Shown here piece after piece: positions 8,836 to 18,702 of a stretch of DNA of 64,000 bases. The notes beneath the pieces are model-generated. The model worked only from the letters and a program-made list of their open reading frames with translations. It searched no databases and was not told the DNA's origin. The position numbers were made by a program, and so were the translations under genes. Position 1 is the stretch's first letter, and each line of letters opens with the position of its first letter. Source of the DNA: Candidatus Poriferihabitaceae bacterium (GTDB lineage Bacteria; Pseudomonadota; Gammaproteobacteria; Arenicellales; Poriferihabitantaceae); assembly GCA_965249835.1 (NCBI GenBank), contig CBDFMY010000003.1, positions 737,979-801,978 of the forward strand. Reading direction: 5' to 3'.

Positions 8836-10806
8836 ATGACCGCAGCCAATGATGCCCCGCCCAACCAGCAACCCGCCGTTGAAACCCATGCGTTTCAAAC
8901 CGAGGTTCAACAACTGCTACACCTCATCATCCATTCGTTATACAGCAACAAGGAGATCTTCCTGCGGGAGTTAATCTCCAACGCTTCGGATGCCTGCGAC
9001 CGCTTGCGGTTTCTGGCGCTGACCGATAAAAATCTGCTCGACGACGATGCGACACTCGGCATTCAGATTGAAGTGAATCGCAAGGAAAAAACCCTGTGCG
9101 TGCGCGACAACGGCATCGGCATGAATCACGACGAGGTGATCGAAAACATCGGCACCATCGCCCGCTCCGGCACTCGCCAGTTTTTGGAGCAGATCAACGA
9201 GAAAGACGCGGGCAAACCATCCGATGTCAAACAAACCTTAATTGGCCAGTTCGGTGTCGGATTTTATTCGGCGTTTCTGGTGGCAAAGGAAGTCACCGTG
9301 CTGACGCGCAAAGCCGCTGCGCCGGCCGCCGAAGGGGTGAAATGGGTGTCCGATGGCAGCGGCGAATACACCATCGAGCCGGTCGAGCGATTCGCGCGCG
9401 GCACCGAAATTATCCTGAAACTGCAACCGGATCAAAAAGAATATCTGCAGGACTACCGTCTGCGCGCGCTCATCGGCAAATACTCCAACCACATCTCGCT
9501 GCCAATTCAAATGCGCAAAGAAAAAGAACCGGACAAGGATGGCGACGACAAAAAAGTGGACGGCAAAGCGACTGAGCAAGAGCCAGCGTGGGAGACCGTC
9601 AACCAGGGTTCGGCACTTTGGGCGCGCGCAAAAAACCAAATTACCAAACACGAGCACAATGCATTTTACACTTCGCTGACCTACGACCCCGAACCGCCTG
9701 CGGTCACGTTGCACAATCGGGTGGAAGGAAAAATGGAGTATATCTCGTTGTTCTACATTCCGGCCAAGGCACCGTTTGATCTGTGGGATCGTGAACAACG
9801 TCACGGCATTAAATTATATGTGCGGCGAATTTTTATCGCCGAAGATGCCAAGCAGTTGATGCCGAATTATTTGCGTTTCGTGCGCGGGCTGGTGGACTCC
9901 GCCGACCTGCCCTTGAATGTGTCGCGGGAGTTTTTGCAACAGAACAAAGAGATCGACAAAATTCGCGCCGCTTCGGTCAAGAAGGTGCTCGCCGAGTTGA
10001 AAAAAATCGCCGATAAAAATGACGATCAATACGCGGCGTTGTGGAAAGAATACGGTCGCGTGATTAAGGAAGGTGTGATTGAGGATTTCGACAACCGTGA
10101 TGCCATCGTTAAGTTATTGCGCTTTGCTTCCACCCACACCACCGATGAAAAACAAACCGCGTCGCTGGATGATTATCTCAAGCGGATGCCAGCCAAACAA
10201 AAAGCGATTTATTATCTGACCGCCGATAGTTACGCCTCGGCGAATTCATCTCCGCATCTTGAGATTTTCCGCAAAAACGATATTGAAGTGTTGCTGTTGT
10301 CCGACCCGGTGGATGAATGGGTGGTGGGTCACCTGCCCAATTACGAGGAAAAGCCGTTGCAGTCCATCGCCAAAGGCGACCTTGACATCGCTGAACTAAC
10401 CGGCGAGAAAAGTGGGGATGAAAAAAGCGAGAGTTCGCCGCATGAACAAGAAGAAAACCTGAAACCATTGGTGGAAAAAATAAAATCGGTGTTGAAAGAC
10501 AAGGTTAAGGATGTGCGGATTTCCAATCGGCTGGTGGATTCCCCGGCGTGTCTGGTTGCCGACAGTCACGACATCGGCGGTAACATGGAACGAATTCTGC
10601 AAGCCATCGGTCAGGATGCGCCGAGCACCAAACCGATTTTGGAAATCAATCCGCAACACGCCATCGTCAAGCAGATTGATGTCGAAGGTGAACTCGCCGA
10701 AGACTGGGCGAGCGTGTTGTTCGACCACGCGGTGCTGGCGGAAGGCGCGGCGTTGAAAGACCCCGGCGGTTATGTAAAACGAATTAACAAATTGCTGGCG
10801 CAATAA
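8836..10806 (+). CDS. htpG: Molecular chaperone HtpG (Hsp90)
   Basis: The protein contains HAFQTEVQQLLHLIIHSLYSNKEIFLRELISNASDA and GQFGVGFYSAF. I chose the start at MTAANDAPP (8836) rather than the track start at 8701, which lies inside the repeat and promoter. Confidence 0.93.
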   Translation: MTAANDAPPNQQPAVETHAFQTEVQQLLHLIIHSLYSNKEIFLRELISNASDACDRLRFLALTDKNLLDDDATLGIQIEVNRKEKTLCVRDNGIGMNHDEVIENIGTIARSGTRQFLEQINEKDAGKPSDVKQTLIGQFGVGFYSAFLVAKEVTVLTRKAAAPAAEGVKWVSDGSGEYTIEPVERFARGTEIILKLQPDQKEYLQDYRLRALIGKYSNHISLPIQMRKEKEPDKDGDDKKVDGKATEQEPAWETVNQGSALWARAKNQITKHEHNAFYTSLTYDPEPPAVTLHNRVEGKMEYISLFYIPAKAPFDLWDREQRHGIKLYVRRIFIAEDAKQLMPNYLRFVRGLVDSADLPLNVSREFLQQNKEIDKIRAASVKKVLAELKKIADKNDDQYAALWKEYGRVIKEGVIEDFDNRDAIVKLLRFASTHTTDEKQTASLDDYLKRMPAKQKAIYYLTADSYASANSSPHLEIFRKNDIEVLLLSDPVDEWVVGHLPNYEEKPLQSIAKGDLDIAELTGEKSGDEKSESSPHEQEENLKPLVEKIKSVLKDKVKDVRISNRLVDSPACLVADSHDIGGNMERILQAIGQDAPSTKPILEINPQHAIVKQIDVEGELAEDWASVLFDHAVLAEGAALKDPGGYVKRINKLLAQ

Positions 10807-10819
10807 AAAAAAATATCGA

Positions 10820-11758
10820 TCAGACATGCGCGCCGAGGTCGGGTGCACGGCGGCGTGGCGTGACCAGAACCATACCGAGCAACATCAACACCAACGCCGT
10901 CCACACCCACGGCGAGTGTCGTTCAGCGAAGAACATCATTCCCCAAAACACGCCGGACAGGGTGATGATATAACCGGCCATGCTGGCGAATACCGCGCCC
11001 GCCAGTTTGACCGCATACAAAAACAATACATATGCGATGCTGCTAACCAACATCATCGCAATGAGCGCGATTTCGGTGCGATCCAATGGCCAGTTGATCG
11101 GATAGAACGCGCCCTCGAAATAAATAATCGGCGCTAACACCAGTGCCGCGAGCATCAATGCGATGGTTAGTAATCCGATCATGTCGGGATGTTGTCCGAC
11201 TCGCATATCCACATAAATATTTTCCAGCGTGTAAAAAACCGAGGCGATTAGCGGCGGGATTAACCAGCGCGTCATTCCCGGCTCGGGCAAACTGGTGTCG
11301 GGCGCGACCAGCAAAATGATGGCGACCAATCCCAGAATAATTCCGCACAGACGTCGTCGCCCGAATTGCTCGATGCCGAGCAACCACGAAATCGCGTAGG
11401 TTAGCATCGGCACCAACGCCACGGTGATCGCGAGCACGCCGGCCGGCACTTTCGGCGCGGCGTAAAAATACAATGTGCCGGGTATCGCCGTGCCGAACAA
11501 TGCAATGACGCAAGCATGTTTGAAATTGGTGCGGGTTATTTGTGGTCGTCGCCAACGCAACAAACAAAAAATCGCTAACACCGACCCGCCGCCGAGTGCT
11601 TGCCAAAACGCCAGCCCGAGTGGATGCGCCGAGCCCAATGTGGCGATGCGGGCGAGGGAAAAAGTCATGCCCCAAATCAGCCCGCAGAACAACACCAGAA
11701 TATAGGGAACTACGGACGCGGGCACCGCCATGGTTGGCGTCGATTGGTCTGCTTTCAT
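10820..11758 (-). CDS. EamA/DMT family transporter
   Basis: The protein has about 10 TM helices. I chose the start at MKADQSTPTMAV (11758), which forms an ATGA overlap with the tag stop codon. The longer track ORF would overlap tag. Confidence 0.75.
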   Translation of the reverse strand: MKADQSTPTMAVPASVVPYILVLFCGLIWGMTFSLARIATLGSAHPLGLAFWQALGGGSVLAIFCLLRWRRPQITRTNFKHACVIALFGTAIPGTLYFYAAPKVPAGVLAITVALVPMLTYAISWLLGIEQFGRRRLCGIILGLVAIILLVAPDTSLPEPGMTRWLIPPLIASVFYTLENIYVDMRVGQHPDMIGLLTIALMLAALVLAPIIYFEGAFYPINWPLDRTEIALIAMMLVSSIAYVLFLYAVKLAGAVFASMAGYIITLSGVFWGMMFFAERHSPWVWTALVLMLLGMVLVTPRRRAPDLGAHV

Positions 11759-12351
11759 GTTCCGCACCCGCCGCCGAGTTGTCGGTAACGATAGCAGTCG
11801 GTAACATGATCGTTGACCAAACCGGCGGCTTGCATGAATGCATAGCAGATGGTGTCGCCGACGAAGATGAAACCTTTTTTCTTTAAGTCGCGGCTGAGTT
11901 GATTCGATAACGCCGTGGTTGCCGGCACTTGTTCGGCGCGCGTCCATTTATTTTGCACCGGTATGCCGTCAACATAATTCCACAAGTATCTATCAAAGGT
12001 GATTCCCGAATCCAACAGTTCGAGGTAGGCGCGCGCGTTTTTGACAAAGCCGTTGACTTTAAGTCGGTTGCGCACGATGCCGGGGTTGTTTAGCAACGCG
12101 GCAATTTTTGCATCGTCGTAACGGGAAATGCGGGCGGCGTCAAAATCATCGAATGCCTTGCGATAGTTTTCGCGTTTTTTGAGAATGGTAATCCAACTCA
12201 ACCCGGCTTGCGCACCTTCGAGACACAGCAGTTCAAACAACCGCCGCTCGTCGTGCAGCGGCGCGCCCCATTCCTGGTCGTGGTATTGCCGATACAGCCG
12301 ATTAGCGCCGCACCACCAGCATCTGGTTCGCGTATTATTTTTGGGAGGCAT
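11755..12351 (-). CDS. tag: DNA-3-methyladenine glycosylase I
   Basis: The 198-aa ORF contains RCWWCGANRLYRQYHDQEWGAPLHDERRLFELLCLEGAQAGLSWITIL, which is Tag-family. Confidence 0.9.
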   Translation of the reverse strand: MPPKNNTRTRCWWCGANRLYRQYHDQEWGAPLHDERRLFELLCLEGAQAGLSWITILKKRENYRKAFDDFDAARISRYDDAKIAALLNNPGIVRNRLKVNGFVKNARAYLELLDSGITFDRYLWNYVDGIPVQNKWTRAEQVPATTALSNQLSRDLKKKGFIFVGDTICYAFMQAAGLVNDHVTDCYRYRQLGGGCGT

Positions 12352-12429
12352 GTGCGGGCGCGCTCAACACGGGAAAAAGCCCGGCGATTGTATCGTAATC
12401 CCGGTGGATTTTTTGTTAAACTCTCACCC

Positions 12430-13224
12430 ATGAACCTCGTCAAACTGAAAAGCGATTACCACGAACTGGGTTTTGTCTCGCCGCTGGACATTCTCAGCGA
12501 GGAACAAGCCGGCGCGCATCGTCGCAGCGTGGAACACGCCGAACAGCAAATGGGGCCGGTTCACTATCTGGCAAAGATGCACACCATTTTGCGCTCACCC
12601 TGGCAACTGGCGACGCATTCCATGGTGCTCGATGCGGTGGAGCAGATTCTCGGACCCGACATCCTTTTGTATAACACCACCTACATCATCAAGGAAGCGA
12701 ACACGCCGACTCATGTAAGTTGGCATCAGGATTTAACTTACTGGGGTTTAGATTGCGATGATCAGATTTCGATGTGGCTGGCGTTGTCGGTGGCGGATGA
12801 AAAAAACGGATGCATGCGCATGATTCCCGGCAGTCATGTCGGTGGGCGGCGCGTGCATGACTTTTGCGCGGACGATCAACATAATGTGTTATTCCAAAAT
12901 CAAACGGTGTGCGAAGTGAATGAAGCGGATGCCGTGTATTGCCCGCTGAAACCGGGGCAGGCTTCCTTCCACCACGGCTGGACGCTACATTCGTCTCTGC
13001 CCAACCGCAGCAACGACCGGCGCATCGGCCTCAATGTTCAATACATCGCGCCGCATGTGCGCCAAACAAAAATGTCCGGCATCGGTGCGTTGCTGGTGCG
13101 CGGCGAAGATCGCTTTCATTACTACGAACAAGAAACCCCGGCAAGCCGCGACCTCGACCCGGCGGCGTTGGCATTACGCGAACAAAAAGATCAACTGCAT
13201 AAACGCATCGCCGGTAGTGCTTAA
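12430..13224 (+). CDS. Phytanoyl-CoA dioxygenase (PhyH) family Fe(II)/2-oxoglutarate oxygenase
   Basis: The protein starts MNLVKLKSDYHELGFVSP and contains VSWHQDLTYW (the HxD motif) and SFHHGWTLHSS. The start is the first ATG after the divergent tag gene. Confidence 0.7.
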   Translation: MNLVKLKSDYHELGFVSPLDILSEEQAGAHRRSVEHAEQQMGPVHYLAKMHTILRSPWQLATHSMVLDAVEQILGPDILLYNTTYIIKEANTPTHVSWHQDLTYWGLDCDDQISMWLALSVADEKNGCMRMIPGSHVGGRRVHDFCADDQHNVLFQNQTVCEVNEADAVYCPLKPGQASFHHGWTLHSSLPNRSNDRRIGLNVQYIAPHVRQTKMSGIGALLVRGEDRFHYYEQETPASRDLDPAALALREQKDQLHKRIAGSA

Positions 13225-13307
13225 TTAGTTGGCTTAATTACTCGACCAACGGCGATGGCGGATGGAATTGGTTATAATTCCACCGCACCCCAACTTGTGA
13301 AATTGAA

Positions 13308-13595
13308 ATGCCGACCCGAACCGTTCATTGCGTCGTCTTGAATCAGGAAGCCGAAGCCCTTGAGTCCCCGCCCTATCCGGGGGAATTGGGACAGCGGGTG
13401 TTTGAAAATGTTTCCAAGCAGGGCTGGGTTCAGTGGCTGGAACGGCTGACCACCATCATCAACGAGAACGGCCTCAATACCTCCGACCCGCACACCCTGG
13501 AACTGATTGAAAAACACATGAACGGATTTTTCTTCGGCGAAGGCGGTGGCGGTCATTTACCAGCGGGTTTCCACGCCGCCGATCCGCGAAAGTAG
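13308..13595 (+). CDS. yggX: Fe(2+)-trafficking / oxidative damage protection protein YggX
   Basis: The 95-aa ORF begins MPTRTVHCVVLNQEAEALESPPYPGELGQRVFENVSKQGWVQWLERLTTIINE, the typical YggX pattern. Confidence 0.85.
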   Translation: MPTRTVHCVVLNQEAEALESPPYPGELGQRVFENVSKQGWVQWLERLTTIINENGLNTSDPHTLELIEKHMNGFFFGEGGGGHLPAGFHAADPRK

Positions 13596-13624
13596 TAATC
13601 ATTGTTTACCCACATTCGCCGCGG

Positions 13625-14152
13625 CTATTTCAACGACCAGTGTCGAACCAGTTGATAGCGCACGCCTTTACGTCCGGCAATCGATTCAAACAACGCAAAG
13701 CCATCGCAGATGATGTCAAAGTCGGGTGCGCTGATGGGCAACGGTGGCCTGGCGCGACAATTTCTAAACAACGTCAGGTGTGGCACGAAAATTTTGCGTG
13801 GTGTTTTTACGCCGATGCTTCTGCCGACTTTTCGCAAAGCGCGAACCAGTTGATTTAATTCTGCAGGAATGTCGTCGCTGCCCAGCCAACATATACCCGG
13901 TGCGGGAAAATAACCGAGTGTGTTCAAGCGCAATTCAAATCGTGATTCGTTAATTTGATCAACTGCGGCACACAGTCGTTCCAATTGTCGGGGCGCAATG
14001 TCGCCAAGAAAATGCAGCGTGATATGAAAATTCGCCACCGACACCGGTCTCGACGCTGATGCAGTCGGCAACATGGTGCGCTCACGCCATTGCGCAATGG
14101 CATACTGAATTTCGGTGGCGATGTTGAGGGCGAAAAAGGTGCGCATAATCAA
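13625..14152 (-). CDS. thpR: RNA 2',3'-cyclic phosphodiesterase (2H family, ThpR/LigT)
   Basis: The 175-aa ORF has two HxT/S motifs (HITLHFLG and HLTLFR). Confidence 0.8.
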   Translation of the reverse strand: MIMRTFFALNIATEIQYAIAQWRERTMLPTASASRPVSVANFHITLHFLGDIAPRQLERLCAAVDQINESRFELRLNTLGYFPAPGICWLGSDDIPAELNQLVRALRKVGRSIGVKTPRKIFVPHLTLFRNCRARPPLPISAPDFDIICDGFALFESIAGRKGVRYQLVRHWSLK

Positions 14153-14276
14153 TTCAGGGTCGGACCCATTAACATGTGTCGAATGATAATCAATTACCGC
14201 ATGATTTGAACGCGATCAATGCATACAATCACCAACTCGCCGGATTGGGAAACAACCACGCACAACTGAAAAAAAC

Positions 14277-15023
14277 ATGCCGAACACTACGTCGCAAATC
14301 ACGCCAAAAAAAGGAGCGCGGCGCATCGTGCTGATCGACCACCACGAAAACCCGCCGGATGACCGCGTCAGCACCCATTTGGAAAAACGCGGATACCAAC
14401 TGGAGCGGCGTTATCCGGTGAACGGCGACGCGCTTGACTGCTCCGACTACGACATCGCCGGAACCGTGATTTATGGCGGCACGCACGACGTCGATGAAAT
14501 GGACAAGTATCCGTTCCTGCATGACGAAATTGCCTGGATTCGCCACTGCCACGCGCGCAACATTCCGATGTTCGGCATCTGTCTCGGCGCGCAACTCATC
14601 GCGCATGCCCTCAACGCGAAAGTAACCCCGATGACGCACGGAAAATGTGAGTTTGGTTATTACCCCATCACCCCGACCGCCGAAGGACAATGTTGGATGC
14701 CGCAACCGATGTATGTTACGCAAGCGCATTTTTGTGAATTTGAGTTGCCACCCGCGGCGACTTTGCTGGCGCGTGGCGAAGGTTGCGCCAATCAGGCGTT
14801 CCGTTGCGGGCAAACCACTTACGCGGTGCAGTTTCATCCCGAAGTCACCGCGCAAATTTTTCACCGCTGGCAAAACTCCGACTGGGCCGAGGAAATATTT
14901 TTTGGCGCGCCCGGCGCGCAAACCCGCGAATTGCAAACCGCATTAGCGACTCAACACGACCAAGCACAGCATGATTGGTTTGTTGGGTTTCTTGATAAAC
15001 TTTTTGGATGTGCGAACGAGTGA
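14277..15023 (+). CDS. Class I glutamine amidotransferase-like protein
   Basis: The 248-aa ORF contains MFGICLGAQLIAHAL (the nucleophile elbow) and a later HPE motif (VQFHPEV). Confidence 0.75.
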   Translation: MPNTTSQITPKKGARRIVLIDHHENPPDDRVSTHLEKRGYQLERRYPVNGDALDCSDYDIAGTVIYGGTHDVDEMDKYPFLHDEIAWIRHCHARNIPMFGICLGAQLIAHALNAKVTPMTHGKCEFGYYPITPTAEGQCWMPQPMYVTQAHFCEFELPPAATLLARGEGCANQAFRCGQTTYAVQFHPEVTAQIFHRWQNSDWAEEIFFGAPGAQTRELQTALATQHDQAQHDWFVGFLDKLFGCANE

Positions 15024-15049
15024 CACGGAAACTTCAAGCAAACAAGTCA

Positions 15050-15079
15050 TTGACAAATGCTAGGTTAGTATGCTATAAA
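15050..15079 (+). promoter_or_regulatory. Putative sigma70 promoter for the AT-rich gene at 15118
   Basis: TTGACA (15050-15055) is followed by an 18-nt spacer and then TGcTATAAA, an extended -10 (15071-15079). A GAGG ribosome-binding site lies about 10 nt before the ATG. Confidence 0.5.
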
Positions 15080-15117
15080 GGACAGTTGTTTTTTACAATT
15101 TTTATGAGGTTAAGAAT

Positions 15118-15633
15118 ATGGTTGAAAGCAACGACTTATCAGTTGCAAAAGAATACATGGATAGCATGGAGAGAGTCATGAACATGTGGTTCAACATGAT
15201 GCACGGCTTATATTTGAAGATTAGCACTATTCTGATGTCATTTGCCTTGGTTGTCATAGGCTACCTTCTTTCGTATTTATTAGATAACGAGCACCATGTC
15301 GGAAAATATGAAACACATATTGGCATAGTAGCCTTGATTTTCCTTTTCGGGAGTTTGGGTTCTTTGATGGCTTCTGTTGCATGCGGGTTTACGCATTTAT
15401 GCAAAAATTTGGCATTCGTTCAATGCACAGCAAATCTCTTTGCGGTACGCCACACTGATGCTACAGAGATGTATCATAAAATACTTAATAAAGAGCCCGT
15501 TGAACAAAAGAAATGTACGAACGAATGCGAAGAACCTTCACCTAAGTGGTGGCGTTGGCAATTTTTTACATTCGGTTTTGGCGCAGGTTCTTTGATTATT
15601 GCGGTCGTAATTGATTTTTTTACCCTTGGATAG
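15118..15633 (+). CDS. Hypothetical small membrane protein (3 predicted TM helices), AT-rich
   Basis: The 171-aa ORF has hydrophobic stretches ISTILMSFALVVIGYLLSYLL, IGIVALIFLFGSLGSLMASVACGF and FFTFGFGAGSLIIAVVIDFF. I recognise no family. Its composition differs sharply from the flanking genes. Confidence 0.6.
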   Translation: MVESNDLSVAKEYMDSMERVMNMWFNMMHGLYLKISTILMSFALVVIGYLLSYLLDNEHHVGKYETHIGIVALIFLFGSLGSLMASVACGFTHLCKNLAFVQCTANLFAVRHTDATEMYHKILNKEPVEQKKCTNECEEPSPKWWRWQFFTFGFGAGSLIIAVVIDFFTLG

Positions 15634-15726
15634 CGAATCACGGGTAACGATAGTGTGGTCTGATATCAATAAGAAAACAACGATTCCGCATTTGCCATTC
15701 ACCGGAAACAATAAGAGAATATCCTT

Positions 15727-17340
15727 ATGAAAATCATTAAAAAGATATTGCGTATTTTCAGCGCGGTCGTTTTCGCGATGGTGATAAGTAACGCCGCCAT
15801 TGCAGAAACGAAAAGTGAAAGAATTGCAAGGTTGCACATACAAGCCGAGCAGGGAGATGCGGAGCTGCAATATCTTTTGGGCTTTGCATACTGGGATGGC
15901 TACAGAGTGGAAAAAGACCAGCGCGTGGCGGTGCGTTTGTGGCGGATGGCGGTCGAGCAGGGGTATGCGAAGGCGCAAGTTAAGTTGGGCTGGGCATACT
16001 GGCATGGCGAGGGCATTGACGAAGATCAGCGCGAGGCGGTGCGTTTGTGGCACCAAGCAGCCGAGCAAGGGGATGCGGGTGCGCAATCTGCTTTGGGCTA
16101 CGCATATGACAGCGGCGACGGAGTCGATAAAGACCAGCGTGAGGCGGTGCGGTGGTGGCACAAGGCGGCAGAGCAAGGGCAGATGTATGCGCAATATCTT
16201 TTGGGCTATGCATACGATTACGGCGAGGGCATTGACAAAGATAAGCGCGAAGCAGTGCGTTGGTATCGCAAGGCAGCGGAACAAGGGCATGCGGATGCGC
16301 AAGTTAATTTAGGCTATGCATACCGGAATGGCGAAGGAGTTGATAAAGACCCGCGCGAGGCGGTGCGTTGGTATCGCAAGGCGGCCGAGCAGGGGCATGC
16401 GACGGCGCAAAGTAATTTGGGCTATGCATACTCTAATGGGAAAGGTGTTGCTGAGAGCAAACGCGAGGCGATGCGCTGGTTTCGCAAAGCAGCCGAACAA
16501 GGGAATGCGGATGCGCAAAATAATTTGGGCTATGCATACTGGAGTGGTGATGGCGTGATTATGGATAAACGCGAGGCGTATATCTGGTGGTCCATTGCCA
16601 AAGCAAATGGTGATGAGAGGGCAGCGAATAATTTACGCAAAACGGATTGGAACGATTATTTATCCAGTAGCGGAACTCGTGCCGCAAACAAAGAAGCGGC
16701 GCGGCGGTTGGAAGCCATTGAAAATCTCGAAGTAGAGACCGCTTCCGTGCCATCCATCAGCGAAAATATTGCATTGGCAAAACCATCCGGCGGCGTGAGC
16801 ATCGCCGAGAAAGTATTTGAGAACGCATGGCGTTCGGTGGTCATCGTTACCACCGAAGACGGACAGGGTAGCGGCGTGATTATCCGCCCGAATGTGGTGG
16901 CGACCAATTGTCATGTCGTGGATGGTGGGGGCGAAATCATCGTGTATAAATCCGACAATCGCCGCGCCGACACGCCTTTTGCCGCCACCATCCGCCGCGC
17001 CGATGACGAACAGGATTTTTGCTTGCTGGATGTTGCCGGTTTGTGGGGCGTTCCGGCCACGGTGCGGCGCTATGACACGCTCAAAGTCGGCGAGACGGTG
17101 TATGGTTTGGGCGCGCCGCAAGGGTTGGATTTGTCGTTGTCGGACGGGCTGATTTCGCAGTTGCGCGAAATGCGCGGCACGCGGTTCATTCAAACCAACG
17201 CTGCCATATCGCCCGGCTCATCGGGCGGCGGATTGTTCGATGGCGAAGGCAATTTGGTCGGCATTATGACGCTGAAAATCAGTGATGAAAGTGTTGAGGG
17301 TATCGGCTTCGCCATCGCCGCCGATTTGGCGATGGAGTAA
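15727..17340 (+). CDS. Secreted Sel1-repeat (about 7 repeats) / trypsin-like (S1, DegP-type) serine protease fusion
   Basis: The signal peptide is MKIIKKILRIFSAVVFAMVISNAAIA-ET. It is followed by repeated GYAYxxGxGVxKDxREAVRWYRKAAEQG units. The C-terminal domain carries the catalytic triad context NCHVV, DFCLLDV and SPGSSGGGLF. Confidence 0.85.
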   Translation: MKIIKKILRIFSAVVFAMVISNAAIAETKSERIARLHIQAEQGDAELQYLLGFAYWDGYRVEKDQRVAVRLWRMAVEQGYAKAQVKLGWAYWHGEGIDEDQREAVRLWHQAAEQGDAGAQSALGYAYDSGDGVDKDQREAVRWWHKAAEQGQMYAQYLLGYAYDYGEGIDKDKREAVRWYRKAAEQGHADAQVNLGYAYRNGEGVDKDPREAVRWYRKAAEQGHATAQSNLGYAYSNGKGVAESKREAMRWFRKAAEQGNADAQNNLGYAYWSGDGVIMDKREAYIWWSIAKANGDERAANNLRKTDWNDYLSSSGTRAANKEAARRLEAIENLEVETASVPSISENIALAKPSGGVSIAEKVFENAWRSVVIVTTEDGQGSGVIIRPNVVATNCHVVDGGGEIIVYKSDNRRADTPFAATIRRADDEQDFCLLDVAGLWGVPATVRRYDTLKVGETVYGLGAPQGLDLSLSDGLISQLREMRGTRFIQTNAAISPGSSGGGLFDGEGNLVGIMTLKISDESVEGIGFAIAADLAME

Positions 17341-17383
17341 TTGGTTTTTGAAGGAGTCACGCTTTGTGTGACGACACTAAAAA

Positions 17384-17406
17384 GCCCGGCCATGCCGGGC
17401 TTTTTT
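17384..17406 (+). terminator. Rho-independent terminator
   Basis: A gcccggc-cat-gccgggc hairpin is followed by tttttt, 44 nt after the protease stop codon. Confidence 0.75.
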
Positions 17407-17409
17407 CTC

Positions 17410-17700
17410 GTTTGCTTTTGGCGTCTCAATTCGCCTTTGTCCTCTCGGTTCACCATTACCTATCATTTGTCATTGCCCGGCTTGTTCCGGGCAATCCAGT
17501 TGTTAAACTCAGCGGCGTTAGCCGCTATCCTTAAATGGCGGCGAAGCCGCCGCCATTTGCGCGGCTTTGCCGCGTCTGGATTTGCGCGTATCATCCCTGA
17601 TACGCGCCCTTCGGGGCTCGCTTCGCTCGCGAAAAATCGCGCCAGGCGATTTTTCCGCCTGTCGGCGAGAATGACGGGGTGGGTGCTTCGTGTGAAAAAT
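17410..17700. repeat. Copy of the mosaic intergenic repeat family (hairpin modules)
   Basis: It shares modules with 42160-42660, 45590-46240 and 56290-56690. Examples are gtcattgcccggcttgttccgggcaatccagtt, cagcggcgttagccgctatc, and the reverse complement of aatggtgaattgagaggacaaaggcgagttgaga. Confidence 0.85.
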
Positions 17701-17755
17701 TATTGAAATCTGGATTATAATCTCGTGATGGATTAAGTTTAGTGACAACACGCAA

Positions 17756-18700
17756 ATGACCAAAGAAAATATTTCAATAAGTGATTCGGCATCCAGTGTT
17801 AGAGGTTTTATTGACGCACCATGGATGCAGCATATTTGTAAAGAAGATATTGCTTATTGGCATATGCTTTGCAGTAGTTTGGACGCTATTGAAGACACTG
17901 AGTTGGCGATTGATGCTTATTTTAGTTCGTCTGATGATATAGAAGTAGGCACTAATTACTTGTTGATTTACGGAATACTGCAGTGTCTTTTTGTTCAACA
18001 AGATGCTGTATGCCACATTGCGGAGTCTTTATCTATTAATATTGAAAAAGATGATTCCCTTAAACAAATTCGTGATATAAGAAATAAGGCAGTTGGGCAC
18101 CCGACCAAAACAGGCGGAGGTAAAGGTAAATCCCATAATTTTCTTTCACGATTCACAATGAACAAATTCAGTTTTGATTTAATGATAACTTATCCGAACA
18201 ACGAGCATGATATTAAGAGCATTAATATTCCGGGTTTGATAGAAATGCAACAAGATAAGTTGGTGTGTGCTATGTCAAAAATTATACAAGAGTTAAAGAA
18301 AAGAGAAATGAAATATAAAGATGAATACAAAAAGAATGGAAAACTACAAAATGTTTTTCCGAATACGCTTGGTCACTGTCTCTCCGCAATTGTAGATACA
18401 ACTTCTGCCTATTCTTCGCGTCGCGAATACGGCACAGTCAACTGTGGGGTAATTGAAGATGTGCTGAACAACTTTAATAAAGAACTTGAAGCAAGGAAAT
18501 TATCGGAAGCGTATCCTGGCCTTAAACATGTATTAAAACAAATTCAATATCCTTTAGAAGAACTCAAAAAGTTTTTTAATAAATCAGATGAAAGTAAACT
18601 GAACAACGAAGATGCTTATATTTTTGCCACTTATTTAAAGTTAAGATTTGAGGAAATTGTGGACATGGCAAAAGAGATTGATACTGGTTTCGAAAAGTGA
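17756..18700 (+). CDS. Hypothetical protein with a HEPN-like Rx4-6H motif, AT-rich
   Basis: The 314-aa ORF contains LKQIRDIRNKAVGHP (R-N-x4-H) after a helical segment. Its stop codon lies 2 nt before the ATG of the next protease gene. Confidence 0.55.
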   Translation: MTKENISISDSASSVRGFIDAPWMQHICKEDIAYWHMLCSSLDAIEDTELAIDAYFSSSDDIEVGTNYLLIYGILQCLFVQQDAVCHIAESLSINIEKDDSLKQIRDIRNKAVGHPTKTGGGKGKSHNFLSRFTMNKFSFDLMITYPNNEHDIKSINIPGLIEMQQDKLVCAMSKIIQELKKREMKYKDEYKKNGKLQNVFPNTLGHCLSAIVDTTSAYSSRREYGTVNCGVIEDVLNNFNKELEARKLSEAYPGLKHVLKQIQYPLEELKKFFNKSDESKLNNEDAYIFATYLKLRFEEIVDMAKEIDTGFEK

Positions 18701-18702
18701 TT

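Noticed and set aside
15538-16302. A 254-aa minus-strand ORF, and similar ones at 18576-19274 and 18952-19917.
   Set aside because: They lie antisense to the Sel1-repeat arrays. Their periodic sequence simply mirrors the 108-bp repeat, and the sense strand gives canonical Sel1 units plus a signal peptide.
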